Positions 27,806 to 42,974 of a stretch of DNA of 64,000 bases are shown piece after piece. Both the position numbers and the translations under genes were made by a program. This stretch comes from Octopus vulgaris (taxonomy: Eukaryota), in contig OX597836.1 of assembly GCA_951406725.2 (NCBI GenBank), positions 36,642,001 through 36,706,000 on the forward strand. Reading direction: 5' to 3'. How positions within the stretch are numbered: position 1 is the first letter of the stretch; every line of letters begins with the position of its first letter. The notes under the pieces were generated by a model, which was given only the letters and a program-made list of their open reading frames with translations, had not been told where the DNA came from and ran no database searches.

Positions 27806-28617
27806 TATATATGCATATATATATATATATATATATATATAAACATGATAGTAGATATGGTTATGTACGAAGATATATGAATAGAGAAAGAGAGAGAGAG
27901 AAAGAGAAAGAAGAAGACAGAGAGTGAGACAGACAGACAGACAGACAACAGTCAACACGCAGAGAAAAAGACAGGTGAAACCGTGGATACTAAAGCGACA
28001 ATTTTCGTTAGTAGTGTAAATTTTCCCACGTAATTGAAAATCACCGGGACATTCCCCTGGGAAGCTGAGCAATTAGTCAGCGTAATTTGCATATGTCTAG
28101 CAATCAAGATAGATGGACAGCATGTATTAACCAAAACAACACTTGTATGTAGTGTCACACTGAACAATGATTAGTTTTAATTACTCAGTGATGTACAAAT
28201 TAAAATCCAAAACCTGAAAAAATTTGCAAAAAATAAATAATGGATTTCTACGTGAAGATATTTTAAAAAAGAAATATGCAAATACGTTTATGTATATAAA
28301 GGTGACATTTTATCTGAGTTGGTTATATGTTATGAAAGATGGGTTGACTATGCGAAAGTATTAATAATCTTTCCTTGTTGTGTTTTTGTTTTTGTTTTGT
28401 TATATTTTGTCTTGTTTCTGTTTTGTTTTTCTTTTTTTGTTGTTGTCTTTTTTCTTGTGATAAGAGAAGAAAATTAAATTAGATGGTGAACTTGCAAATA
28501 TTGACTGAAATTACGTTCTTATCAAAGGAATGTTTTTGAAGTTCAAAATACGCGTTGTTTTTGTTATTTGTTTTTTTTGTGTGCTTTTTTCTTGTTCTTT
28601 GCTGTTGGCCTGGCCCC

Positions 28618-28997
28618 GATGATGATGATGATGATGATGATGACGATGATGATGATGATGATGATGATGACGATGATGATGATGATGACGATGATGACGA
28701 TGATGACGATGATGACGATGATGATTATGATGATGATGATGTTGATGATGATGATGATGATGATGAATGATGGTGATGGTGATGATGGTGATGATGATGA
28801 TGATGATGATTATGATGATGATGATGACGAGGATGACGATAATGATCATGATCGTGATGAGGGCAGCGATAACGGCGAAGGCGAAGATGATGATAACGTT
28901 GATGACGATAACGGTGATGACGACAACGATCAGAATGGTGATGGTGGTGATGATGATAGTGATTATGATGGTGGTGATGATGATAATGATGATGATA

Positions 28998-29044
<47 letters not shown>

Positions 29045-29056
29045 AATAATGATAAT
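28618..29056. repeat. (GAT)n/(GAC)n degenerate trinucleotide repeat
   Basis: Direct reading. Confidence 0.95.
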
Positions 29057-29317
29057 GTTATTTGCTTGGTGTTTCTTTTGACGGTTTTCCATATATATTT
29101 GTATTTCTTTTTCTTCTTCGACATGACTTAGGTTGATTGATTACTTGAATGTAACCTGATGGCATTATTAACTGAGGTTGGGAAATTATGCATAATTTAA
29201 TACGAAAAAGAATTTTCAATTTTAATACACAACACAACAGAAAATCATAACAAATAAAAAGAAAGTAATTCCAAGAAAACAAGTATACTCTTTACTGAAA
29301 TAGAACAATAGAATATG

Positions 29318-29360
<43 letters not shown>

Positions 29361-29397
29361 ATATGTATGTATGTATATATGTATGTATGTATGTATG

Positions 29398-29431
<34 letters not shown>

Positions 29432-29511
29432 TGTATGTTTGTATATATGTATATATATATATATATATATGTGTGTATGTATGTATGTATGTATGTATGT
29501 ATGTATACATG

Positions 29512-29563
<52 letters not shown>

Positions 29564-29929
29564 TGTGTGTGTTTGTGTGTGTGTATGTGTAGGTTTTTCT
29601 CTTGTTTTTATTTCAATAATGAAAACTTTTGCTTTCTTCGAGGCTTTTCGTATACATCAACCCACACACCCACCCACCCATCCATCCATCCATCCATCCA
29701 TTCATCCATCCACGCATACATGCATATATACACGAATACATACGTGTATATATATATATATCTATATATACACATATACATATGTGTGAGTGTATGTATG
29801 CATATTTACGTAGCTATATGTATACTTATATTTGATTGTGGAAATATATATATATGATTTATATAGACTTTCAACTATCTATCTATCTATCTATCTATGT
29901 ATATATATCTACCTATCTATATATATATG

Positions 29930-29965
<36 letters not shown>

Positions 29966-30733
29966 TACATATATGGATGTGTGCATGTGTGTGTATACGT
30001 ATGTATATATATATATATATAGACACACATACATATATAATACACACACATACACACATACAAGTAACGAATCCAAATTGGTTTATGTTATACTTCAAAT
30101 TATATACTGTACATTATATTTTTATCATTGTTATATTCTTAATTTGATTATTCTTTACTTTATTTTTTCCATTAATATTAAATTTCATGGCTGACAGTTT
30201 GAAATATATCAAAAACTTTTAAATTACATGAATTTATTAAATTGTTTACCATAAGTGAACTATTATATTTGTGTGTCTGAGTATATGCAGTGCGTATGCC
30301 TTTGTGTATGTATGTATGTATGCATGTATGTATGTATGCATATATAAATGTATATGTGTACATATATACATATATATATATTTGTATATATATGTGTGTG
30401 TGTGTGTGCATGTACGCATGTATGAACGCGGTAAATACGTACACATTCTTATACAAAATGTTCACTAATATATTTACGTACATCTATATATTGTATACGC
30501 ATAAACGCACAAATATACACAGATACGCACTCACACAGACACAAAGACAAACACAACCATAGACCAACACACGAACACACACATACGCACACCATGAGAC
30601 AAAGTAAGATATTGAGAAAACAAATATTTGTGCGTATGAAAATAACATATAAATAACATATTTATGTTATATAAAAGAACATACATAACATTGACAAGCA
30701 TCTTACGCAACTATCTATGTACCTATCTATCTA

Positions 30734-30780
<47 letters not shown>

Positions 30781-30801
30781 GGATATGTATATATATATGT
30801 G

Positions 30802-30833
<32 letters not shown>

Positions 30834-30908
30834 AGTTTGTGTGCGTATGCATATACATAAGCAAGCATATTCCTACATATATTCATATATATACATATAT
30901 ATACATAA

Positions 30909-30943
<35 letters not shown>

Positions 30944-31059
30944 CACGCATAAACAAATGAACAAATAAAAGTGTATATGAAAATATATAAAATCATTCAC
31001 AATCACGTTATATATATGGTAGTGTGCGTACACACACTGACACACACACACACACACAG

Positions 31060-31099
<40 letters not shown>

Positions 31100-31809
31100 A
31101 TGCATATATATATATATACATACGATCTCACATACAGAGGCAAAGTTAAGGAAAAGAAAACAAGCATATGGTTTAAATTACGATGTAGTAGATTTGTCTC
31201 CTTCGCTTCCTAAATACATGATGTAGCTTGTATTGTTACTGGTAATCTTTTCAATCTAATCTGTCATTACTTAATGTGTGCATTTCAACAAGAACACTTC
31301 AAAACTGACTCTTAAGGGTGACATCTGCGCGTTTCCATTAGAGGAAACTGTAATGGCGAAATTTCAGAGCATAGGTCTACTTGAATTACTGAACAGAATG
31401 AAAATACTGTCTATGAGGATCATCGACTCAGTTTGATAAAAAGTATTATACATTTTTTTGAAAGATCTTTAGGTTATTTTTGTTTTGGCTAATATAGGTA
31501 TTTCTATTGATCCGTGACACTTGTTAAACTAATAGACATCTTCAAAAAAATGTCCCACACATTATAGGCTCTCCTCAGCACCAGTCAAACCACACTCCCT
31601 AGGCTGAAACAGTGTCGCATACCAATACATATATGTATGTATATACCATACATATATATACCTACATATAAGTGTATATATACATATATGTGTATATATG
31701 TATACATACATATATATATATATATATATAAACATATAAATGTATCTTTAAGTATACGTACATATAAATATATATATATATACACATTTATGTATATATG
31801 GATACATAT

Positions 31810-31855
<46 letters not shown>

Positions 31856-31935
31856 AATGTATATATGTATATACATATGCATACATATATATATATTATA
31901 TGTATATTTATACATACATATATATACATATATAG

Positions 31936-31980
<45 letters not shown>

Positions 31981-32076
31981 AATGTATATATTTATATATA
32001 TATATATAAATGTATATATGTATATACATATGCATACATATATATAGTATATATGTATATTTATACATACTTATAT

Positions 32077-32128
<52 letters not shown>

Positions 32129-32519
32129 AGACACACATACATATATATTTGTGTGTGTGTGTGTGTGCATAAATGTGCATATTCATACGAATATGAAAAA
32201 AAAACTACTCAAGTACCATGTGGAGTATTATAAAGCAAGTAGGAATCGAACAATTTAACAGTATATAAAGTTAGACTAGAAGAAGAAAAAAAATATGTAT
32301 ACATATATATACATCCATACATATACTCCTTCACGGAAACATACATCTATGGATAGCATACGTATGTTTGAGCGCGCACTGGTACGCGCGCGTCTGTGTG
32401 TTTGTGTCCTTATCACATTCGAAGATGACGCAGGCGAACAAGAGATTGGTTTCTGTATCGAGAGCTTTGTTATTGTTGTTAGCGATATCATCTTCATCCT
32501 CATCGTATTCACACACATC

Positions 32520-32715
32520 AAAATCAACATCATCATCATCATCCTAACGAACAGCATCATTATTGTCATCGCCAACATTACCATTGTTACTACTGTCCCT
32601 GCTGCTCCCACTACTACCACTACTGCAGTTGCTATTTCTACTACTATTACTACTACTACTACAACCACCACTATTAGTACTATTATTATTATCTTTATTA
32701 TTATTATTATTTTTA

Positions 32716-32788
<73 letters not shown>

Positions 32789-33029
32789 TATCATTCTTCT
32801 TATTATTATTATCTTTACTAGTATTATATGTTTTATTATCTTTATTATTATTATCAATATTATTATTATTATTGTAATTATTATTGTTGTTATTATTATT
32901 ATTATTATCTTTACTATTATTATATGTATTATTATATTTATTATTATTATTACTATTATTATTATTATTGTTATTATCATTGCTATTATTGTTATTATTA
33001 TTGTTGTTATTATTTTTATTATTACTATG

Positions 33030-33065
<36 letters not shown>

Positions 33066-33185
33066 TTTATTATTTTTATCTTTACTATAATTATCTGTAT
33101 TATGTTCTTTATTATTATTGTTATTACTATTATTATTAATATTGTTATCATTATTGTTATCATCATTGTTTTTGTTGTTGTTGTT
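32520..33185. repeat. (ATT)n/(ACT)n/(ATC)n degenerate trinucleotide tract
   Basis: Direct reading; explains the 316- and 337-aa poly-Ile ORFs. Confidence 0.95.
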
Positions 33186-33899
33186 ATCTTGCTCGGCCGA
33201 TCAATGTTTATTGATTTCAACATAAAGTATAGCAAATCACACTGATAGTAACACTCAAACCGTCTATTCAGACACACAAACACACACACACACAGACACT
33301 CTCTCCTTCATGCACAAACACACACATACACACACACGCAAACATACAGATGTACGCATGGCTCTCAAACACACAAAAGCACGCTCAGCACCCGTACACA
33401 CATACATAAGACACACACAATGACATTTGTACAGAAAAAGGAAAAAAAAAAATCAAAACTGATAAAATTATCGATATACAGAGACACGTTAAGAAGATAA
33501 AATTATTTCTTTCCATGAACCAATTATATTGAACGTAAATCAAATTTTGAAATCATCTCAACTTGTGAGGATTTTATTTTTTTTTTTGCAGATTACATAT
33601 GTGCAGCAGAGATATAATGTGGGTCAAGGGCATTTGTATCGCGAATGAGTTCCCTGGCTCCTGACCCCACCCAGGACAAATGTGAATCATTGCTGGAATC
33701 CATGAGAGTTTAATGGCATTGGAGGTGATTGTGCCAAAAATAGCTAAAAGGTTAAGGTATTAGTTCTGCGTGTGTATATGTATGTATATATGAATACGTA
33801 AGTATATACACACACGCATACACATATATATATATATAAACACATGTATGTATGTATATATATACATACACACATATATACTTATACATACATATACAT

Positions 33900-33966
<67 letters not shown>

Positions 33967-33970
<4 letters not shown>

Positions 33971-34175
33971 AATGTAATATGTGACAATTATTCGGCAGCC
34001 ATGATAAAACTCCGAGTTTCGGATGCCGGGGTGGAATTCCACGCCGCCGCCGTCTCGGAGTCTTATCATGGCTACTGAATAATTGTCACATATTACATCT
34101 ACAGATAAATTCTTCTATTTGCATAATATCGAGGTATATTTCTTTCTTTTGTTGTCTTACCATTTTTATCAATAT
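33967..34175. mobile_element. Foldback copy of an HHR-bearing repeat (same family as 63480-63676)
   Basis: About 50-bp inverted arms (33967-34016 / 34054-34102). The loop contains the reverse complement of the family's stem II; the tail matches 63600-63676. Confidence 0.78.
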
Positions 34176-34259
34176 ATATATATATATATATGATTGACCG
34201 TTAGCTCCTACACGCATTTTTTCTCTCCTTGTTTCTCTCCTTGTTTCTTTTTTTGTGTA

Positions 34260-34297
34260 TCTTTCTGTCGAAGAGCGTAGGCTCGAAACGTAAAAGA
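34260..34297 (+). ncRNA. Minimal hammerhead motif with a CUGUCGA core substitution
   Basis: TCTTT-CTGTCGA-a-GAGC-gtag-GCTC-GAAA-C-GTA-AAAGA. Stem III is only the palindrome ACGT. Lies in a family-F-related repeat (34200-34395). Confidence 0.72.
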
Positions 34298-34393
34298 CTT
34301 GTTTTATTTCTATTCCTCAGCGACATACTAATACAATTGTTTGTTCGTACTCCACCTGCCTTCGTCTTTTGTTTATTTTCGTAGACCTTCACG

Positions 34394-34438
<45 letters not shown>

Positions 34439-34440
<2 letters not shown>

Positions 34441-35332
34441 TGAGGTTTGAACAATAAGTATCTGGAGTGTTGACAGAAACGAAGCTAAAGCACGCAACGT
34501 ATCACTGCTTTCCACAGCTGGACCTTGAATTTTGCTGTGCAGGTGCACTCAGTTTTAACGTTCCAACTCAGCTCCGCTGTTTAAAGCAATGCTTTCAAGA
34601 AAGACGCCCGACGCGCGACCGTCGCATTTATCACAACAGAGAAAGTTGTCATGGCGATTCCTGTTCAAAGGTTTACGCAAAGTTACAGAAAGTGTATGAA
34701 CAGAAGTGTATGAGCTGCACACAAATATACGAATGCTTTACATGTTTCCAAGATTGGAAGGAAAATGTCAATATTGAAGAACGTTTTCGGAGACCCACAA
34801 CCAGCAGAGCTGAGAGAAACATCGCTGAGGTGCGTGCAGCTGTGAGAAGAAATAGTCAAATCACCATCCGTGCGTTACCAGATGGTGTGCAGATTAGTTA
34901 CGGTTCAATTCAGTCCATCATCACTGAAGATTAGGGTATGAGGCGTAAGTCTGCCAAGTGTGTGCCACAACTACTTTCAGCTGACCAAAAATACACGCGG
35001 GTTTCAATTGCACAAGATCTTCGTTGTGCCGAGAACAATGAAAACATTTTGAAAATATTGAGTAGACCTCAGAAGCAGGTATTGCCAAGCCTTTGGCAAA
35101 ATTTGATGCAGATTCTCTGCTCAACATTCTCTGTCATGGTCAGTGCGAGGATCACACGCTATGCACCTTCCTTCAAGCACTGATGTAAACAGTGAAAGTG
35201 AGCTATAAGGTTGAAGCTTATTGCGCATGCATAGCAGAGTGCAAAGTCTATCTGTGCCAAGCGACTTCACTCTGCGTGCTCTAGCCTCGTTACTATGGAA
35301 ACTTTACGAATACTTATTGATCAGACGATGTA
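34439..35332 (+). mobile_element. Internally deleted mariner derivative
   Basis: Transposase N-terminus (..EERFRRPTTSR, ITIR, SYGSIQSIITED.GMRRKSAKCVPQLL). Imperfect TIRs gtttgaacaataagtat / atacttattgatcagac. Confidence 0.85.
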
Positions 35333-35358
35333 TATATTTATATATACATATATATACT

Positions 35359-35393
<35 letters not shown>

Positions 35394-35651
35394 GTATTTA
35401 TATATGTATTTATATGCATATATAGGTGTATGTATATGTATATAAGTATGTGTGTGCGTCAGAGAGATGAGTGTGTGTGTGTGTATATTCATATATATAT
35501 ATTTGAATATATGCATATGCACGCACACACTCACAAATACATAGAGATAGAGACGAGAGAGGAACTGAGGTAACCTAGTAGATAGACTAAGGCATACATG
35601 CATAAATTGATAGATAGTTGATAATTATATCGATAGGTAGAAACATTAGAT

Positions 35652-36045
<394 letters not shown>

Positions 36046-36511
36046 TGTGTGTATGTACACATCTCAATATCTACTTGTACACACAGAGGTACGCCCAAAC
36101 ACAGACCGTGTACGCAGAGTTAGGTACCACTCCAACAAAGCAAATGCACTCAGAACCACCAAAAAACGCATTCTCATGACCACCTTCTCTCAAAGACGCA
36201 TCGACTCTGTCTACAACGTGACAGATCGAGTTTAATGAGGGCATGTCATTCGTGAGGTCACGATTGGCTATGGCAGCATTCTGACAACGCAATTGCTTGA
36301 ATAATCAATCAAAAGATTAATGAAAGAATCGATCGGTTAAGCAGATTGACTATTTAACTGATGGACTAATAATATTATTAAATTAAATAGGACATACTGG
36401 ACACATTTATTGACAAAATATCCCTCTTGTGATACGACTTAATCATACATTAATGCTGCTATCTCCCAAAATGTGTGCTTCTTTCTGTAGACACATACAT
36501 TGTTGTTGTTG

Positions 36512-36585
<74 letters not shown>

Positions 36586-36604
36586 ATCATCATCATCATC
36601 ATTA

Positions 36605-36810
36605 AGGCGGCGAGCCGGCATAATCGTTAGCGCGCTAGACGAAATGCTTAGCGGTATTTCGCCTGTCGCTACGTTCTGAGTTCAAAATCCCACCGAGGTC
36701 AACTTTGCCCGTCATTCTTTCGGAGTCCATAAATTAAGAAGCAGTGAAACTCTGGGGTCGATATACTCGGCTCATCTTCCCCCACGCCCAAACTTGCTAC
36801 CCCTGTGGAA
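36605..36810 (+). mobile_element. SINE family B
   Basis: ggcggcgagccggcataatcgttagc head, flanked by (ATT)n. Confidence 0.85.
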
Positions 36811-36851
36811 AAAAATCTGAAATTATTATTAATATTATTATTATTATTAAA

Positions 36852-36891
<40 letters not shown>

Positions 36892-36964
36892 ATTATTATT
36901 ATCATCATTATTGTTGTTGTTGTTTTTTTATTATATTATAATAATAATTATTATTATTCATATG

Positions 36965-37682
36965 CACTCAACATAATCTTGTATAATCTTGCTAACCCTG
37001 CCCTTGGGTGGAGTCCTCCATTCATATTCAATTATTTCCAATTCTTCTGTCTAGCTTCGGTAATTCAGTTTTTGTCCAATCTACAAAAGTTGTTGAGTGT
37101 CTAACTAATAACACTGCCCAAATATTTACAGCCTTCAATAGATTCGGAGCATTTAGCTTTGACACCATTAACTTCCTCACCCTCCTGATGTACCCCTTCT
37201 CAATTTTCGTTTTCATTTCTGTAATTAGTACTCTGTCATATTCTAATACACCTGGATATTTATAACTTTCTCACCCTTTCAATGTTTTTACAGTCTGATC
37301 ATCTCGTAATTGAATGCCTTCGCTGTTGACTATTTCTCACCTTCTGATGACTTATGTTGCACACATATCTATGCCAAATTCTATGCCTGTATCTTGCTGA
37401 AGTCTGTATTTAGGAATCTATCTCTTTTTCATCCATCCTAAAAAGCATTCAGGTATAGCAAATGGTTAATTTCTCCATTACTATTTGGGGACAACGAGTC
37501 CCCCTGGAAAATTCTTCTTTTGATATTAACTTTTCCTAAGAGTGTGTCACCTGAGTAGAGATCTGCTTTCCATTTCTTTATGCTAAAAGCTAATTAATTC
37601 TCTTATGTTCTCTGCTATATTGAATATACTCAACCATTCACTTATCCATGAGTGTGGAATCATGCTATAGGCTTTCCTATAG
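36965..37682 (-). mobile_element. R4/Dong-type non-LTR retrotransposon RT fragment
   Basis: KAYSMIPHSWI, FQGDS, YKYPG and YIRRVRKLMVSKLNAPNLLKAVNIWAV motifs; abuts (ATT)n. Confidence 0.85.
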
Positions 37683-38126
37683 ACGACGTCGACGACGACG
37701 ACAAGGATTTGGGGGAAAGGGATGCGTATAACAATAAATGTTTATGTGATTATTATAGGACGATATTAAAGTGACCTTTGTGTAGTGTTTGCGATGAAAG
37801 AAAAATTTTAAAGATGCTGTGATTGAAGGCAATAACATAAGAGACACCGGTAAGAACTGATACGTGTATAAGTGATGGTGGCGATAGTGGCGATGGGAGG
37901 ATGTAGAAAGTAATGGCTCTGGTAGTAGTGGAATGTGTGGTGGTGGTGGTGGTGGTGGTGGTGAGGGATGTGCTGCTATAGCAGTTGATGGTGACCATGA
38001 AAGGAATGAAACATTTTCTACACAAGATATAAGCCTAAAAGCAATGAATTATTATTTATTAGTCACACATCACTCAAGTTCATACAAACAAAAATTAAAA
38101 CATATTCGTACCCCTAATATGACAGC

Positions 38127-38504
38127 GGAGGCGCAATGACCCAGTGGTTAGGGCAGCGGACTCGCGGTCGTAGGATACCGATTTCGATTCTCAGACCGGG
38201 CGTTGTGCGTGTTTATTGAGCGAAAACACCTAAAGCTCCACGATGCTCCGGCAGGGATGGTGGTGACCCCTGCTGTACTCTTTCACCACAACTTTCTCTC
38301 ACTCTTAATTCATGTTTCTGTTGTGCCTGTATTTCAAAGGGCCGGCGTTGTCACTCTCTGTGTCACGCTGAATATCCCCGAGAACTGCGTTAAGGGTACA
38401 CGTGTCTGTGGAGTGCTCAGCCACTTACACGTTAATTTCACGAGCAAGCTGTTCCGTTGATTCGGATCAACCGGAACCCTCGTTGTCGTAACCGACGGAG
38501 TGCT
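38127..38504 (+). mobile_element. tRNA-derived SINE family C
   Basis: ggaggcgcaatgacccagtggttagggcagcggactcgcggtc...gatttcgattc head; reverse complement of 51975-52354. Confidence 0.9.
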
Positions 38505-38523
38505 TAAATAAAATAAAAAGTAT

Positions 38524-39270
38524 TCTGTCAGATTCTAATACACCTAGATACTTATAACTTTCTCCCCCTTTCAATGTTTTTACAGTTTTACAGTCTGATC
38601 ATCTCGTGATTGGATGCCTTCGCTGTTGACTATTTCTCACCTTCTCATGACTTATATTGCACACATATCTATGCCAACTTCCATGCCTGTATCTTGCTGA
38701 AGAGTCTTACAGTCTGTATTTAGGAATCTAACTCTTTTCCATTCTTACTAAAAAGCTGCAGGTCATTCATGTAGATCAAATGGTTAATTTCTCCATTACT
38801 ATTTCTGAACTGATACACTGCCTTTGCCTTCATTAATACTAAACAGAGGGAATTCAAATATAAGACAATTATTAAAGGGAACAACGAGTCCCCCTGGAAA
38901 ATTCCTATTTTGATTTTAACTTTTCCTAAGAGTGTGTCACCTGAGTATAGATCTACTTTCCATTTCTTTATGCTAAAAGCTAATTAATTCTCTTATGTTC
39001 TCTGCTATATTGAATATACTCAAACATTCACTTATCCATGAGTGTGGAATCATGCTATAGGCTTTCTTATAATCTGTCTATGCTACTGTTAGATTTTTCT
39101 TTCTAGCTTTTAGTTCATTTAGAACTCTTTTGTCTATATACTGTATAATAGATCATGTGTTCATTAAGCATTTTTACTGAAACCTTTCTGTTCTTCTGAT
39201 AGTGACCTTTGGTTATCAAGGCGCTCGTAAAATCTTTCTAAAAGCATTCCTTTTAACATGTTCCACACTA
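38524..39270 (-). mobile_element. R4/Dong-type RT fragment (duplicate of 37228-37682, less deleted)
   Basis: KAYSMIPHSWISE, IKIGIFQGDSLFPL, INHLIYMNDLQLFS. Confidence 0.88.
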
Positions 39271-39529
39271 ATGGTAAGTCAATTTCAGGTGCTCGTATTG
39301 ACTTTCTCTTCGAATTCTCTGAGGTATTTCCCATAAATCGTTTTCCTTTTCCAGTTGTATATTCTGTTCTTCATCTTGTTCGTTAAGTGTTTTGGAAAGT
39401 ATCACATTTTCTGAAGATGTCGTTTTACAATTTTCTAACAGCGACAAACGAATGTTCAGTCTACTCTTTGTCGAACCATTGTTTACGTCACTGACAACAC
39501 AGATCTTGCATCCCACGAGGACACTTTCT

Positions 39530-40060
39530 CTCTATCCGATGTGGATAGACAGCGGGCGCAGTCTATCCACATCGCTTGTTTTAGGTACAATTCCTTGTCT
39601 ATTGTCATCACGTACCTGGATTTGGTCAAGCCCGTTCTTTATCAACCTAAAGCTGCTGCGCAGTATAGCATTAAGGAAACAACCCACGTATTCATTGCCT
39701 TGACTTTGTTCTTTCCATTGATTATACTCTCCATAATTAATTTCGTTCTTCTGAGGTATTCTCGCATAAAGATTTCCTTCATCTTACTATCCTTGATTTT
39801 CTCAAATATCCCCAGAGATTGATATCCATTCATCTCAGTATACCTGATTCTTTCTCCATTTAATAGTTCTACACCATGAAACGCTACCTTGCCTTTTTTA
39901 TATGATAAACAAGCCACAGATTTTAATCCCAAATTCTATCCCGATATCATTACTGAATATCTGCAGTGCTCTCATATAAGACTATCTATTTCACTTTCGC
40001 TCTTACCGAAGATCAATAAGTCATCCGTATATAACAAATGATTAAAATTTTCCTCCTTGT
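39530..40060 (-). mobile_element. R4/Dong-type RT fragment, second subfamily
   Basis: NHLLYTDDL, FSNDIGIEFG, YLRRTKLIMES.INGKNKVKAMNTW. Confidence 0.85.
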
Positions 40061-40213
40061 TCGACCTGATTAGCCTTTATTGGACTCTCCGACACAGACT
40101 AAGCAGGTCCAAACTTCGAAGTCATTGTCAGCACAATTCCTGTTATAAAATGCGTTGGTTAATTCTTCAGTTTAATGCGAATCGATACGTTTTTTTTTAC
40201 ATTTAAACGCACT

Positions 40214-40482
<269 letters not shown>

Positions 40483-40635
40483 TTCCAATTAGTCCGAGCT
40501 TTGCTTTAACAGATCTTCAGATTTCTCGTAGCTGGTCTACACAGGACAAAGAGCTGAAAGATTTAGGATCGTGTGCGTCATTATAGCCAATTGAAAGAGA
40601 TAGTTTAGTTTGGATTGCTTAACATGAGAGAACCA

Positions 40636-40856
40636 TACTCTTTACTCTTTACTCTTTTATTTGTTTCAGTCATTTGACTGCGGCCATGCTGGAGCACCGC
40701 CTTTAGTCGAGCAAGTCGACCCCGGGTCTTATTCTTTGTAAGCCCAGTACTTATTCTATCGGTCTCTTTTGCAGAACCGCTAAGTAACGGGGACATAAAC
40801 ACACCAGCATCGGTTGTCAAGCAATGCTAGGGGGACAAACACAGACACACAAACAT

Positions 40857-40911
<55 letters not shown>

Positions 40912-41074
40912 TACGACAGGCTTCTTTCAGTTTCCGTCTACCAAATCCACTCACAAGGCATTGGTCGGCCCGAGGCTATAGCAGAAGACACTTGCCCAAG
41001 ATACCACACAGTGGGACTGAACCCGGAACCATGTGGTTGGTTAGCAAGCTACTTACCACACAGCCACTCTTGCG
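40636..41074 (-). mobile_element. SINE family A
   Basis: Full-length match to the family. Confidence 0.9.
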
Positions 41075-41371
41075 CCCTATTCTTGCGCCATATTCACATA
41101 CTCTTGCGCCATATTCACATAGGCAATAATATTAAGAATCTACTTCGAGGTGGCATATTGTATATAAGTGGGAAGATGCGTGGCTTTGAGCAGGAATAGC
41201 TATGAAGATGGTGGTGATGATGGTGGGGCTGATGATGACGGCATTGCAGGTAATGATGGTAAAAAGAGGGTGGGGTGATGGTGGTGTTAACAGCTTAGCT
41301 ATGATGACGACGGTACTTATGGCAGAGATGGTGATATTCACAAGGATGGCACTACTGAAGATGACCACGCC

Positions 41372-41403
41372 GACGATGACGATGATGATGATGATGATGA
41401 TGT

Positions 41404-41435
<32 letters not shown>

Positions 41436-41472
41436 CTGATGATGGTGGTGGTGATGATGATGGTGGTGGTGG

Positions 41473-41513
<41 letters not shown>

Positions 41514-41517
41514 GTGG

Positions 41518-41577
<60 letters not shown>

Positions 41578-41595
41578 CGGTGGCGGTGACGACAA
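41372..41595. repeat. (GAT)n/(GGT)n repeat
   Basis: Direct reading. Confidence 0.95.
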
Positions 41596-42717
41596 CGGCG
41601 AGGATTTTGGGGAAAGGGATGCGTATAGCAATAAATTTTGATGTGATTATTATAGGACGATATTAAAGTGACCTTTGTGTAGTGTTTGCGATGAAAGAAA
41701 CATTTTAAAGATGCTGTGATTGAAGACAACAACATAAGAGACACCGGTAAGAACTGATACGTGTATAAGTGATAGTGGTGATAGTGGCGATGGGGGAGGA
41801 TGTAGAAAGTAATGGTTCTGGTAGTAGTGGAATGTGTGGTGGTGTTGGGGGATGTGTTGCTGTAGCAGTTGATTGTGACCATGAAAGGAATGAAACATTT
41901 TCTACACAAGATTTGTAGGTGTCTTCATATGGGCATATGGGCATATGAGAAGATGTGTTATGTTCTTTTGTGGGGAAGCCTATGCATGTGTGCATGTTTG
42001 TATGTATGTATATATGCATATATATATGCATGTATGTATGTATATATGCATGTATGTATGTATATATGCATGTATATATGCATGTATATATTCAAAAGGA
42101 ATGAATTATTATTTATTAGTCACATATCACTCAAGTTCATACAAACAGACACTCATACATATTCGTACCATTAAAATGATAGTTCTGAGGACTCAGAGCT
42201 TAGGGGAAGGTCATAAAAGGATCCATATAAAAAGAAAACATATGCGATCGGAAGGCGTAGGACAACGCCAAATTGCGGTTGGATACGACGAAATCGAGAG
42301 TAAAAAGCGTATGTGTGCTTAGGGCACGCAGTGCGTATGAGCTAAGATATGGCCGCTGAAATCTGAAGGACGGGATAGAAAAAATTTACTCAGTAAAGGA
42401 TGCGCTAACAAAGCGAAGCTAGAAAATGTCAAGCGTACCAGGCCCTTCAGTAGCACCGTCGTACCAGAGCCCTTGTAAGCAAATGAGGTATAAACTACTA
42501 CGACGAGGATTGGAATATCGATCAGCTACGACGTAAAGAGCAATGAAATGATTTTTGCCAAGAATGCATTAAGAGAGCAGATTCGAAATAAAATAGATCG
42601 AGAACGAAGAATCACTCTTGCATGACAGTGGCCGACAACCAATGCTCAATGTCAACGACAGAATACGGTAATACAAACACACATACACACACACACACAC
42701 ACACATACACACACACA

Positions 42718-42759
<42 letters not shown>

Positions 42760-42819
42760 GACACTCCCTCTCACGCACACACAGAGAAAGGCGTTTCCAT
42801 ACATACGTAATAAACGAAT

Positions 42820-42974
42820 ATTCTTTTATTCTTTTACTTGTTTCAGTCATTTTGATTGCAGCCATGCTGGAGCACCACTTTCTTGGTCGAGAAAATCGAC
42901 CCTAGGTCTTATTCTTTGTAAGCCTAGTACTTATTCGATCGGTCTCTTATGCCGAACCGCTAAGTGACGGGGAC
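42820..42974 (-). mobile_element. SINE family A, 3' part only
   Basis: Tail match, 5'-truncated. Confidence 0.85.

Noticed and set aside
28511-29131. Poly-His/Asp/Met ORFs (also 41202-41909 and the poly-E/K ORF at 53701-54084)
   Set aside because: Trinucleotide microsatellites with no domain or splice support.
32276-33289. Longest ORFs (337 aa minus, 316 aa plus)
   Set aside because: Poly-Ile from (ATT)n; open on both strands only because of the repeat.
33592-33752. Possible coding exon after a strong acceptor
   Set aside because: Stop codons in all three frames.
38127-38200. tRNA-like sequences here, at 15476 and at 52280-52354
   Set aside because: They are heads of multi-copy SINEs, two with TSDs, not tRNA genes.
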